From: Basidiobolus meristosporus CBS 931.73
Taxonomy: Eukaryota; Fungi; Basidiobolomycota
Reading direction: 5' to 3'
Assembly: GCA_002104905.1 (NCBI GenBank)
Contig: MCFE01000218.1
Coordinates: 1-64,000 of the forward strand
Length of the DNA: 64,000 bases
In this document: positions 47,232 to 60,660 of the stretch, piece after piece
How positions within the stretch are numbered: the stretch's first letter is position 1
Layout: the number at the start of each line of letters is the position of its first letter
Notes under the pieces: model-generated
Databases searched by the model: none
Seen by the model: the letters and a program-made list of their open reading frames with translations, nothing else
What the model was told of the DNA's origin: nothing
Made by a program: the position numbers and the translations under genes

Positions 47232-48407
47232 TGTTGTGTTGTATCATAATTAGTTTAGAGCTTGTTCCACAGTGTAGAGGCTAATTAGCTATATACAATA
47301 ACTTCCGGTATGCTAATATTGACATAGTTTATTGAGAGTTTGATATACCAGTAGAAGATATAACTTTCACTAATATCCACAATCTTAGGCTCAAAACATA
47401 CTCTAGACAGTGTTTCTCATTTGTACAGCAGTGTTCTGACCTTCTGCCAACTATGGGGCTTACATACTTTTGTGGTAATTTTTCTTAATTCAAAGTCACT
47501 TCCCTTTCTGAGCATATATTTCCTAACATGGATATTTTGACTCCCCTTTAACCTATAGGGGTGAGTTTTAGAAGTATCTAAAGAGATCTTTTGACCTAAA
47601 GGGGTGTCCAAAGGGGTGTCTTTAGAGTAAAGGGGCTTCTTGTAGTGGTCTCTAAAGTGATTGTAACACCAAAGGGTGCCTAGTGGAGTTTCTTTAGAGT
47701 AAAGAGGTCTCTTATAGGGGTCTCTAAAGGGGTGTCTTTGAGTAAAGGAGTTTCTTTGAGGGGACCTTTCTAACAGAAAAGTTGTAGTATTCTTGTAGAA
47801 CTTTGATTGGATTCTGGTGAGCTTTGCAGTCTCTTCACTGATGTAGTACCTATCAAAGTCAGGATACTCAGCAGTGCATGTGATGCAGGGGAAGTCTTAT
47901 AACTGTCAAACCTGTAATTGTAGTGTGGGGATTCTGGAAAGAGACGCTCTCCTTTATTTTTCAGCTGGGGAAGTTATACATATGAGATTTCTCAAGCAAT
48001 GCACATCATAAGGAGCTGAAATCATGCAGTGGTGCAGATCAGGCATAGATGCAGCACCTGTGCAAGTTTCATGTGAATCTATTGGCTGGTTCAAAGGTAC
48101 ATGCAATCAAAGTCACCACAGTGATCCTAGCAATAGAGGCCTAGTATATATGATGATTAGACTCTTTTGATCATAAATCCTCAACTACTGCCTCAAATGA
48201 GCTATAATTTGAAATATATGCTGAATACAGAGTGTTCTGCATGACATAACATTCTTGGGTGGATTGCTTGTCAGGGCCTGAAGCATTTGTTCTTCAAAGT
48301 TGCTAGTTCTTAATCTTTCACTTATGTGTTACAATAGCAAAAACAAAAAAAATGAGTGAAATATTGGTTTTGAGATATGTAGTAATGGAATACTCTCAAT
48401 TACCACA
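47232..48407. mobile_element. Solo LTR, 1106-bp family, inverted relative to 37567-38672
   Basis: TGTTG..TACCACA ends; TSD ATTC/GTTC; AGGGG array at about 47530-47770; carries an extra segment near 48220-48310. Confidence 0.82.
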
Positions 48408-49277
48408 GTTCCTTGTTGGGATTTACTCAGATTACTTTCACCAAAATATCACACACCTAGTACATGAATATTCTCAAAGTTGTTCAAACAGCCCCCAACT
48501 TTGCACATATGTTCTTGGGACCTTTCTAAACCTATTCTGTGTGTTAGTAATGCCAAGACCAAGTAAAAGTATAAGTACTACTTTAATGGACATTAAATCA
48601 TTAGGTGAAACCCGCATAATATGCTTGTCCTCCCAAATTGTTTCCAATATCTCCACAACTCTTACAACAGGAACAAGCTTATTTTCTCCTCAATAAATGC
48701 TGCATTGGTGCATGCATTTCTTCCTGTTTGTCCTTACTGGCACTTATCTAGCAACCTGACATTTTTTACTACATGTTTTGAGCATTTGGTCCCTGTAGTG
48801 CTAGGCTCTGGAGGAAGCCACTGGTTCTTATCACTGCCAGGTCCTAGAAAGCTACTTTAGCCAAATACTTCTGAGATTCAACTTCACTTTTTCCTTGATA
48901 TGTATTGCACCAGTGTATCCCTTTCTACCTGCTTGTCTCATACCTGCACTCTTCTAGCTACCTAATGTTTCTTTGCTGCTTGTTTAGAACTTTTGGCCCT
49001 GCTTGTAGCAGACTCTTAGGGATGCTACTAGTTTTTAGCTTTGGCACTACTCATATTATCTGCTCATCCTGTCTCTGGACAACCTCCTAAGTTCTTAGGG
49101 CCATTGCATCTGCCCTAGTAGCCACTGCACCCAAATGCCTCATTAGGCTTTAAAAGCTCACAACATACTTATTAATTCTGGTAGTGGTGATGCTATGACA
49201 ACCACTTTGTGGTCTTTCACTGGAGTTTCTGTAATTAATGCGTACTTATCTGCCTGAGCATTATGAACAGCATGTGC

Positions 49278-50346
49278 TGTGGTGGTGTATAAGTCCAAGG
49301 GAGAGATACATCCAACACTTCTCAAGTGTTTTGTGTGTGGGGTGTTCACTGGGTGCAATAACCTCTGGCAAAGCTTGCTAGGAATACTTGGGTTCTGTCT
49401 CTAATCTAATGTGAAGGGGAATAAAGCCACAAGCTTGTCAAGGGAAAACTATTGAGCTACAATCACCAACTTAGTTGGCGTCTTAACAAAAGTATGTGCT
49501 GGGTTTGGCGTCCTTTGAGATGACAATGTACCAAAGCTTCCAAAGTCAAAACAACTGTAAACTCCACCAGCAGGGACTTGATAAGAATGCAGCTGTGATC
49601 ACTAGTTACAAAGACAGAAAAGTATCTTTGCCTGTACAAGAACAAACTTGGGAAAGAATCAAATATAATAAAAGATACCTACTCTGAGTATTCCTCACAA
49701 GTAGTGCCTCCAAGGTCAGTTGGCTGTCAGCACGGTTTCCTGGGAGTGTCCTGTGGTCTGGGGTTGGAAGTTCAGGTAGCAGCAGGTAGCAGTGATCACA
49801 CTAATCAACAAGTTGATATATTGATAAAAGGGATGATGATTTATTGTTGAGGGATAGCCTCCCTTATATACTTTTCTTACTGGCTAAGTGATTACTAATC
49901 ATGGTGTTCCAGAATATTCCAGATATCAATAGATATCTTAATGACATCAGAATGACCTAAGGATGTTCTAAGTAGGTGCCAGAAGGTTCTAAAAGGCACA
50001 GCACATCCAACCAATCAGGAATCAGTATTCTGAAACCTGTGTAACATGGGGATACCATATATGGTATGGAAATGGTAGGGATGGTAACACGGGTTGATCA
50101 TGTGTCACAGGTACTGGCGTGGGCACTTGCCTAATATAGAAGCACTTATAGCTAGTAATCTACATAAAGTGAGGGGTAACTTACGCAATAAGGTAAGCAG
50201 GGGTGATAGTCAACTGTCTTATGGGATAGTACTGATTGGGTAAGACAAATGGGATAAAACTAAAATAAATGTAGTAGAGATATAAGAAAGTAGAAAATAA
50301 GGGAATGAGCACATCTGTCAGTGGGTGTCACTGTCACCCCACTACA
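49278..50346 (-). mobile_element. Solo LTR, 1069-bp family
   Basis: Same length as, and closely similar to, 31309-32377; TSD GTGC/GCGC; inserted in ORF2 of CACTA copy B. Confidence 0.88.
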
Positions 50347-51404
50347 GCGCCTGCACAAAGATTCTCAATGGCCTACTTAACTAAGGGTTTGAGGGGGCCA
50401 AATAATTGTCTTCAGTGGGCACACCATCTGCATGGACTTTTGGATGTAGCCCTGCTTGTTGTATCAAATATCAAAGCAGCTGTTGTCTAACCAATCTTCT
50501 ACCCCTGTCAGCAGTAGGGTTCGTTTAGGAGCCAGACAACTTTGCTTCATATCTGGCTCCATATATGTGGAAGTAGTCAAGCTAAAGGGGAAACAGTTCT
50601 AACTATATACTGTAGGAGGTGCCACAGATTTATTCTTGATACATACCATGGTGGTTCATCACTGAATGTTACATTCATGTAGGTGCAATATATCAGATAT
50701 AAGACCATCTTAAAATCACATGAGTATTGACAGACAAGTGCTATAATAGTGAATGTTGTTGAGTGTCAAACTGTTTGTTCCATGGACAAGACTACTTTGA
50801 GTCAACATTATAAGAGAAGAGAAAAAATCACATGGCTATTGTAAGAGGCCTCTCAGCCATGAGGCAACAGTCAGCATAAGCATAGTAAGCATAACATAGA
50901 TTATGGCCCATATTTTGCCACACAAGACATGCTTCAACATTCATCAGGTACTATTGTACCATCGATGCCTTACCAGCCACTTGAAACCTTGATAATACCA
51001 CCTGGCCATACTTGTCATCTTGCTGAAACAGAGTCAGGTAAGTTTGTGACACCTCTTAGCACACCCCAGGCTTCTAAATACAGCACACAGAGTGAGAGCT
51101 CTGAAGACAATGGCTTACTGATGGATTGTAAGCCTATCTCAACTGACATTAGTACCCTGCATGAGACTAGCAAATCCCAGGGTTGACATGGACCAACACC
51201 TATGCAAAAAATGCCACAGATAGTGTATGGAGCAATACACACCCAGTAGCTGGCTTACTAGTCAATGATATGGCATTGTGGCTTGAAGAGTGGGGTACTT
51301 CTACCAATATCAGTGAGAGGGGCCTTGGTGATTTACCATTACTTCCTGCTAAAACTAATCTGGGATGCAACTGTCATGTACATAGAATCAATAGATAACC
51401 ATTG

Positions 51405-53570
51405 CCCTGTGAGAGATTTTTTGGTCCCACAGGTGAACATAATCCAGATCAGCTGCAAGAATCCCACAATGAGTCTGTCATAATGCCAGCAGCTTGGAGT
51501 TAGTGATGTTCCACATAAATTTATGACCCAATTGTAACAGCATATGGCTGATTTTGTTGCCTAATAAAGTATAAAACTTGACAGTGCTTGAATGGTCTTT
51601 TGACAAGAATTAATATAATCACACAGATTATTCAAATACATGGGCTTTTACTCAAAGGAACCAGCTTATGTTAACAAGGATAATCAAGTTATACTTCATT
51701 AGCTAGAAATCCTACCAATTATTCCAGAACTAAGCACATAGAAATACAACATCTCTTTGTTAGTAAAGCTGTAGAAAATAGAAACAGTAGAGTTGGCTTA
51801 CTGCCTAATTGACAAAATGGTGGCAGATATATTGACAAGACCACAGTTTGGGAAGCTCTGAGAGAGATTAGTGTTTGATATTAGTTAGTTGAGGGGGAGT
51901 GTTGAAATGTTGGACTATTTGGATATTATTCAGCAGCCACAAATTTACTTGGCAATTGTATAACACTCAGGCTTTCATGCTCTGGGTACCTAATATTCTG
52001 GTGAAGATATTCTAAGTGAATCCTCACAGGGAATTTGGTCAGTATCTTATAAGATCTGAAGATAGTTATCTAAGTAACCAAGTTGGTTAAATATTTTGGT
52101 GGAATTACAAACGTTTAACAACATGAATGAGGTGCTAGTGGCTTTCTATATTCAATTTGCAGAATCAAGTGCTAAATGATTGCATCTCTTAGTATAGATT
52201 GTGGCTGGTGACTCATCTAATTGCATCATTATTACCCAGTTAGAACTCACTTAATTAATCCTCTTCTGTGTGATACGGATCTGCCAGCTCACCTACTGAC
52301 TGATTTTACTAATTTTACAGATAACACTTACATACCTATAGACTCAGCATAAAACCAACTGATCTGATTAAAAACTGATATAAATTAGATATTCAACCAG
52401 TAAATCATATTGTCACTAGCAGGAGCTTCCAGTAAAAGATGTCTTGGTAGTTGCATAGGCATAGTCTTTGAGCTGCTGAGCTGCTCCTTAAAACACCAGA
52501 TATGCTACAAAGCTGCAGAATCAAACACCCCTTTTTCATATATTTTTCTCCCATTCACGTATATGCATTATAGTAGTTACAAAAACTAAGCTCAAACTTT
52601 CTAATGGAGATGTCAATAAGTAAGAGAAAAAATCAAGTTAAAGCCTGAAACTCCAGTTGTCACCATCAAGTTTATTTACAAATATAGCAGCTGGCACTGC
52701 AAAACACCATCAGAATCCTGTTGTGGAACTGTGAGGAGGGTCTATCATCCCAGCTGCAGGCAATGTAATGGCCTCATAGTAGAATCATGATGATAGAACT
52801 GGATTGGATACACCCATGGGACCAAGTTGTTCTCATAGGGTAATTTTGATAAGGACAACTTTACCTAAGTATGCCAGGTTTCTCCTGGGTACAAGCTTAT
52901 TTATAAACCTTTCAATACAGAACTCCCTTGAACCAGAACCAGATTGCATCTATAAGGGTGACTAAAATTCAACAGGTAAAGGAGTGCATTGATCAAGTTC
53001 TCAAAAGCTTGTTATAAAATTCAGGAAGTATTTGTGGCAAGAGTGGCAACAACCCAGCCTTGGTTTGCAGGTTGCATATGCTACCATTAATAAAGGTGTA
53101 TTGCAGCAATCCAAGTATCAAACTGAACAGCCTTAGGGATGAGATGATTGAAGTATGCCACTTATGGTGAATGTGCATATATGCAGAAGTTAGTAAGTAG
53201 GAGCCCATAGTTATTTTGGATTTATACTTTATGTGAAATACTCATGGTAGTGCATGGTAAGCAAGTATAGAGGGGTGATTACACAGTGAAATATGTAAAA
53301 GATACAAGGGGAGGTAGAAAAGCAAGCACCACATAGTAAATTAGTATGGTACAATTATACCGAACTAGCTGAATACCAGTAAACTGCCTTTATAATGCAA
53401 ACAGAGGTCTGCAAAGAGGCCATAAAAGCACAGTCAACACTGTTACAATTCCATCACAAGATTGAGTAAAGGGATAAGAATTCCAAGCTGCTGGCTTTAT
53501 AATAGCATCACTGTGGGATCTCAACAGCTAACCAGGATTGGGTCTGCCCACTGAACCATAATATCTTTGA
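51405..53570. mobile_element. Short CACTA terminal fragments (51405-51600 direct; about 52700-52840 and 52860-53570 inverted)
   Basis: ccctgtgagag..ggtccc at 51405; ..ctcataggg at 52840; 52960-53570 is the reverse complement of the left-arm sequence. Confidence 0.6.
51620..52400 (+). mobile_element. Ty1/copia 3' relic: RNase H end, PPT and start of LTR
   Basis: DNQ..SRTKHIEIQHLF..MVADILTRP followed by TTGAGGGGGAG and TGTTG at 51900. The right end is uncertain. Confidence 0.7.
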
Positions 53571-53599
53571 TGTGGTAAGCTATTCAAATCTCTCTCTAG

Positions 53600-55800
53600 C
53601 TGATGGTTTGGTAAAAATGTGTGCTGATAATTTATCTGCAGGATTGTCAATCAAGCTAACCAAGCTATGCCCTGTAAATTCCCATCTAAAATATTGCCAA
53701 ATATCCATGTGCTTGGCTCTAGCATGAAAAGGTGAATTTCAACCAAATTGCATATACCCATTTTGGTCTTGAAATATTGCATCAAGGGCTTTTCAGCAAA
53801 ATTCTAGGTCTTCAAAGAGCTTACATAACTACAATGCTGCTTTAGTAGTCTCAGAGGCTGTGATAAATTCTGCTTCGGTGGTGGAATAAGCTACAGCTTG
53901 CTCCTTTCAAGATTTCCAAGAGATTGCTCCTTCAGGGTATCCAGATGTATACCTACTGGTAGATCTTCTATCTTCAGAATGTTGTCCTCAATCAGCAGAA
54001 GAGTATCCCAAGAGATCCTGCACTGAATCTTTATAAGTGTACCATCAGCAGATATCAGCAGCTCATGTCTAATGGAAACTACTCCACTATTACAGTATCT
54101 CAAAGCCAATAGTACACTCATGTCTTTATTGTGTTTTTTGCTATTGAAAAATGCAAATGAAAGATCAAAAATATCATACCCTGAGGGAAAAGGCCAAGAC
54201 ACTGACACTGTGTGCATCACAGAATACTTTGTCATGCAGCAAACTCAATGACCAATAAATGTCTTGGATTGCTGCTCCTTTGAAGCAGAATTCAAGGAGT
54301 TATCATTACAAGAGTCCATGTAAAAACCCACTGTTTCTGAGTTTACTATAGTCACTGTGATTGAGTTTGACTTTTCATATAGCCAATGTAGTCTAATGAG
54401 ACTCCTACAGGGGCTGTGCCCAGGTCAAATCTGTGTGGCTGCATATTTCAGCTTTGTATTGGTGTGCTGCTTGAACATCTCCTAGATCTCCCCAAACTTT
54501 CTGAACCTTGCTGCCAAAGGGAAATACACAGCTTATAATATTTGTTAAGGATAGACTAAGAATATTAAAGAGAGTTATATATTTTAATGGTATATCACAC
54601 CCTCAGAAGCTATTGTGGTATCAGCATGCTAGGAGTTGCTTGTTTTGTTGATTAGCCTCCACATGACAGAGCAAGCCCCAAACAATGCATAACATAACAC
54701 AACAGCTCCTTTCAAGTATCTAAAATTCCACTTATCTCCTGCCATATGATCAAATCCATTGTTGTGATTATGCAGGCTAACAACACCTACAGAGTCCAAA
54801 ATGACTCAACACACTCCCGGCTGAGGTATTGGACTATTTGGTATCATTCAACAGACAAAAGTTTGCTTAACAATTCTGGACTAGTTGTAGTCATTGAAGG
54901 ACTCAACTACAGCCATGACTTTATCACTTTCTCTCAGGTCTATGATCCTTTAATTATTTCCCTATGGTCAAGATCAAATTTGCACTTTACCAAACATGAT
55001 ATATTAACCTGAAACTGTCACAGATTTCTCCTTAATATTGAGATACTCCCTTGACTGTGTTTTATGTTGAGTTATCTCTATAAGGTATAAGTAGTTGGCA
55101 TCACAAGGAATAAACAAAAATACAACTATTATCACTATTTCTTGATAGATTCCAGTGTTACAAGTCTTGGTATAAGAGTTGTAGAGGAATAGGTAGTTTA
55201 GCTAGTATTGTATTCACTAAGACTTGAACTGATTTTTATTGAGGTTCCAGCAGCTCCTTATATACTTTTGCGAGATCAATTGCTGACTAATTGTATTTCC
55301 TAATGTAGGTTGTGGCTGATGGCTCATTTGATTGCATCATCATCACCCAATAAGATCCTACTTAATATATCTATTTCTGTCTGATAAGGATCTGCTGATT
55401 CATTTGCTGACTAATGCTACTGATTTCATAGATAATACTGATATACTGATAACCTAAACATATACTAATTGATTTGACTAAAAACTGATCTAACTTAAAC
55501 ATTCAAGCGGCAGATCATAACACCAGGTATCCAAAACACAGTGTGAATTGCTATACTCCCAAACTAGTATACATCAAGCTGCTGATCATAAGTTGGTACA
55601 AGAAGTGTACACTTTTAGATGGCACCATGTCCTTTTGATTTGCTTGCATTTTGACCAAGTTAAGCTAGGACTCAATTGATGCGGCTGCTTGCTTGCAGTA
55701 CTTCTTTTGGATACCGCTAAAGTATAACTTGAGTATGCATTGGCTGGCTGAGCATGAATGTTTGGTCACTTTCTATATAAAGAAATTTATCCTTGAATAG
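53600..55800 (-). mobile_element. Interrupted Ty1/copia RT-RNase H relic
   Basis: RT remnants LSQPMHTQVIL and YQLMISSLMY (55530-55800). GYSSAD*G..DRRSTS..GAISWKS..STTEAEF..FHARAKHMDI (53600-54020). The intervening DNA includes the end of a 1106-family LTR at about 54630-54704 and other LTR-like sequence. Confidence 0.7.
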
Positions 55801-55848
55801 TAACTATGCTCATCCAGAAGGAACATTTGGAAATCTTAATAAAAGCTA

Positions 55849-58842
55849 CCCTATGAAAAATAATTTGGTCCTGTAGGTGGATCCAATCTGGATCAGCCAT
55901 TGCAATCCTGTCAGGTGGCTATCATATTACCAGCTGCTTAGAATCAATGACCCTCTATGCAATCTTATGATGGGATCAAAACAGCATTTGGCCAATTTTA
56001 CAACCAAATAAAGGTCAAAATATTACAGTATTTGGGCAGTGTTTTGCCAAGGGTGCTATGGCACTGTTGCAGTCTTTGTGCGCATTACTACTATATGAGT
56101 GGATCTAACTGTCCAGTACATCCAATTGCCTTATATGGCAGAAACCTTGGAGGTGTTAAATGGCCTTATTGCAAGCCTCTGATGGGATTATTACGGCAGT
56201 ATGGTAGCCTATAGCTAGTTCTGAATAATGCTACAATACCAGTTTACCAAGTGGCATTTCCTTTTTCTACCTCACCATGTGCAAATCATATATTCCACTA
56301 TAGAAACACCCCACTTTATTTGCTAACCCACAACTACCTTGGGTATTCTACATAGAGTTTGAATCAAAAAAAACTATGGCCAGCTGCTTACTAACCTCTG
56401 CAAACATGCACACCTGCTGCAATTGACATACTCTATCACCTCAACTCAGGCTTTTTAGTGTGATACCTGCAAAGTTGCCATACACATCGTAGTGTGCTCT
56501 GACTCTTGTTTGTGTGAGTTCCATATTGAATGGTGTTGAAACTAGCTTGTGACCAGGAGAAATCTGGCACACCTTGGTAGATCTTTCCTAATAAAAATCA
56601 GTTGCTTGTTGCACCCAATCCAACTTTGCACTAGACTTGTTCCATTGGATAGTGCCACATTGAGCCATGAGTGCCAAATGATGCCATAGGGTGCTAGAGA
56701 GGCCAAGTGAGCTTATACTTGGCCACAGAGTTTGAATCATGGCTCTGCATCTTCATGTAAAGCGGCCCCTGTATTTCACCCATTGTACAGGAAAAAATTC
56801 ATTTTTTTACCTTTTTAAAATCAATGTTGTGCAGGATGTGTAAGATCACAAAAGAATTGAAGATATGCATCTGGTACTCAATACCCATGGCACTCTAAAT
56901 ATAGCTCCTGTGGTTTGTAACATGTCACCAAAATGCATGGCATTATTTTGCTCCACTGATACTTTCTGGCACAATAAGTGCTTTGTATGGGTCTTGCTTT
57001 AGTGCTAATAATTAAATATAGTGCCAGATAGTACCAGTGGACCAAGACAGTGCCATGCATTTTTGTGACATGTTGCAAGTCACAGGAGCTAGATTCAGAG
57101 TGCCATAGGTACTGAGTACTATATTCATGTCTTCAGTTCTCCTGTGCTCTTACACATCTTGAACTATATTGATCCACAAAAAAAAGTTAAAAATGGATCT
57201 TCTCCCGCACAATGGGTGAAACACAGGGGCTACTTTGCATAAAGATGCAGAGTTATGTTTCATATTCTGTGGCTAAGTATAGGTTCACTTGGCCTCTATG
57301 GGACCCTATGGCATCATTTGGCACTCACAGCTCAATGTGGGACTATCCAATGCAACAAGTCTATTACTTAACTGATTGCCCACACATTAGGGCTGCTTAG
57401 CTCCTTAACTCCATAGGCATATGTGTCTCCATATGCACATCTGTCCTCAGTATTTTCCAACTCTTGCAGGCTGTCCTTCATGTACCAACTCATCACATTC
57501 ATGAAAGACTTGAAGGTAATATGGTTTATGAGATTGGGAAATGGTAGTACCTGCAACTTGACTTCCTATCTCCCCACACATCCTCTCTGTAGGAAACTTG
57601 CAAAAGGTGAAGCAAGGCCCAATATTCTCAACTTACCAAGCAAGATGGAGTAGCAAATGGAGACAGTAGTGGCAGAGGCCTATACATTCAGCTTTATGTT
57701 TGTAGTATAGCTGCTGAAGTCCTGTTACAAACTCCTTGCACAAAAGCTGTAGATGTGTCAAGCTGGCATTGATGATTCATTTCTTGATAGGTTTTCCTAC
57801 AATCTCCACATATGACTCCCAATGCTAGCAATGTACTGTTGGTGGAAATAGCTTCAGAAAGCCACCTAAATGAGCACATAACCTGTTCATCCAATCCTTG
57901 CACATGTGTTTGAAAGTTGATAGGGGCCTTTGAGAAGTACTTAGGGTAGCAGATACTCTGTAATTTCTGTGCAATGGTTTCTAATTTCTCTGGCATCTCT
58001 AAGGGCGCATTTAGCTTGAAATGCTACCTGTACAACTTGGTCATCAGTATAAAGATATTGTTGAAAAGCAAATGCATTGCTGCCAGTGGAAAGCTTCTGC
58101 TCCAACAGATATCCTCTATCTTAAGTATCTCTGGTTTGCAATTAATACTATACTCCAGCCATTGGCTTCTGACTTGCCAACTCTGCTGCAATTGTGTTCT
58201 GACTTCTTTATGTTCTCTCTGCAGGAAGATGATATTCTCAGTGTTGGTGTCTTGGTAATAAAAATGTATATGAATTATGGAGTAAAGCCCCTGAATCTCA
58301 CACATTTGACAGCCATACCACCCATGATGCACAGAAATGCCAGATATCTTGTTGATAGTTGGGGTATCTTGAATGCAGATAACAGTATGCACTTTGAAAT
58401 GATGGCCTTTTACTGTTATCTTGTTAGAAAGCATACACAATTCATCCAGCAATGGACACAGGTAGCTATCCAGGTTGGATGGTGATTTAGGCCCAGATAC
58501 AAGTGGGATTACCATAAGATTTCTGCTTTGATACCACAAAATAGGTGGCATATTCAGGTTGATGAGAGTCAGTGACCAGCAGAATTTGCTGGTAGAGTAC
58601 TTACTTAATGAGAATCCATCAGGTGCCAAGGCAAAGGCATTTTCATACATACCCTGAAAATAGCCCTTGCATCTTAGCTGTTTTTAATATTTGCCATTAG
58701 ATATATTGAATATGTCTGAGCTTAATTGATGCTGAGTGTAGTATCTTTAGCTTCACAATACTTGTTGGACAGGATGAACTTCTTTAGATAGGATATAACC
58801 AGAATATAGCCATAGTGTAAACAATGCTTGCCCCCAAAGGTG
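55849..58842 (-). mobile_element. CACTA copy C (left end plus decayed transposase)
   Basis: CCCTATGAAAAATAATT at 55849. FALAPDGFS..WSLTLINLNMPP..LVSGPKSPSNLDSYLCPLLDEL..HHGWYGCQMCEIQG (58024-58650). Colinear with 25947-26416 plus 33299-35250. Confidence 0.85.
56633..57362. mobile_element. 730-bp foldback MITE with Harbinger-element termini
   Basis: AGACTTGTTCC..GCAACAAGTCT; flanks ACT/ATT, where the uninterrupted host at about 33760 reads ATT; arms 56633-56972 and 57021-57362 are imperfect inverted repeats. Confidence 0.88.
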
Positions 58843-60660
58843 CCCTATGAGATATTATGGTAATGATCCAATCATAAGGCCTTCACTGATTCTAAGTCAC
58901 GTGACTAAGAGGTAATGATTCCATCAGGACAACATACAAAGACTGTGAAAAAATTAATTGCACCACAGATATCATAAAAAACCTGGTCAAAATTCTCATT
59001 GCAACAGTACAAAAGTTGCTTTCAATTGGTTCTCTGCCAATTTTCTCACTTTCTGATCCTATATACTCTATCACCTCATACATTTGTGAGCATTGATTGA
59101 CTATTGCCTCTATTTCACACTCCTTACTACCTGACTCAGCCATTTCTCTTACTTTTCATCCATACAGATTGATTTATTTCAATTGAAACTTCAGTTGTAT
59201 CTCAATTGACAATTGTATTGACCTACAAGTTCTTATACCCTACATTGACATTAAGCTTAACCCCACACTCAACAAGTAACCCCATTAAAATCCAGCACTC
59301 AAGAAGTATTTCTGCTGTAACACTCTGTTTCCACAACTTTTGAGGGGACCCTACTTTGTTTGTCAGTGGGATCTATGCTTTGTCAATAATGGGGGACATG
59401 GAGGCTGCGGTAGACAAATTACCTTTCTCTGCCAACTCCTCTACCTCACTGGAGTGTAGCTCAACTGGCTGTGCTTCCAACTCTTGATAAAACAGCTGTT
59501 TTCTTGTTGGTAAATCTTCTTGGTTATGATAGGATTCAGTTTGATCCAGGCTCACAGTGCTAATTGGCAAGAACTGCAGCTTTTTGTTACGCTTCCTTGT
59601 CTCTGGCTTGGGCAACTTCTTCCCCTTGATCTTTTTCTTTATCACTGCCAGGTCTTTCAATGCTACTTTCTCTAAATGCTCTTATATTGACCTACATTCT
59701 CTTTCTGATAAATGCGGCTCTAATACATCTGTTTTACCAGCTTGTCCCTTACTGGCACTCTGCAGGCAATCTGCTGCTTCTTTCCCACTTATTTTCAGCT
59801 CTGAACCCATGTTGTATGGGCTCCTGAGGTAACTGCTTGTTTTTATCACTGCCAGGTCCTTCATGGCTACTTTGACTGGGTGCTTCTTGATTAGAAGTAT
59901 GCTTCTTTCTTGATAGATGTTATGCTGAGATGTCTGTGTCTGCCTGCTTTTCCCTTATTGGCACTCTTCCAGCTACCTGATGCCTCCATGACACTTATTT
60001 GGAGCATTTGGCCCTGCTTGTAATGGGCTCTTGCGGAAGCTGCTGGCTTTTAGCCATTGCACCCATGTTCTTCTGCCATTAATAGTTTCTGTTATTCTTG
60101 GGATACTTTCTCAGCATACCAATGATGACCCAAACACTATTTGCTCATTTGAGTCCAGAGTAATGCTCATGGAGAAAATCAAGCACATTCTGCTTAACAT
60201 TGAGTTCCTGATGGTCCCATGGTATGCCAGCCTTGGGGTGTTGGCATGCTAGACTTCTAACAGTCTCTTGAACATTAGCCCCCTGTTGGCGGCATATATT
60301 TGGAAGTGAGTCTAACCAGAGGGGAAATGGTGCTACATATATGTGTGGATGTGGTCCACAACTTTATTAATAATGCTTGCTATGGCAATTCATCATTAAG
60401 TCTTACACTCATCTATATGCAATGTCTCAAATACAAGACTGTCTCAAACTCACATGAGTATTGACAAAAAAGTGATATAATAGTGTTACATTGTTGAGTG
60501 TCATATGTTTTGCCCCATGAACAGAACTACCTAGATTCAAAGCCATAAGAGAAGAGAAAAAAACTATATGGCTACTGTAATAAGCCTCTCAGCCATCAAG
60601 CACACAGACAGTGTAGGAAATATTACAAGGATCACAGCCAGTGTTTTGGCACACAGGTCA
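58843..60660. mobile_element. CACTA copy D (inverted right end, ORF2 remnant, central region), truncated
   Basis: CCCTATGAGATATT at 58843; reverse-complement similarity to 39100-39631, 36850-37566 plus 38673-38900, and 35850-36190. Confidence 0.75.

Larger units (their letters stand above)
43146..51404. mobile_element. CACTA copy B, opposite orientation to A, fragmented by nested inserts
   Basis: 43146-43400 matches the reverse complement of the 39400-39631 terminus. ORF2 remnants lie on minus (43632-43880, 48700-49277, 50347-50600). The transposase 5' region is on plus (50700-51400) and resembles 35300-36100 inverted. Confidence 0.7.
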
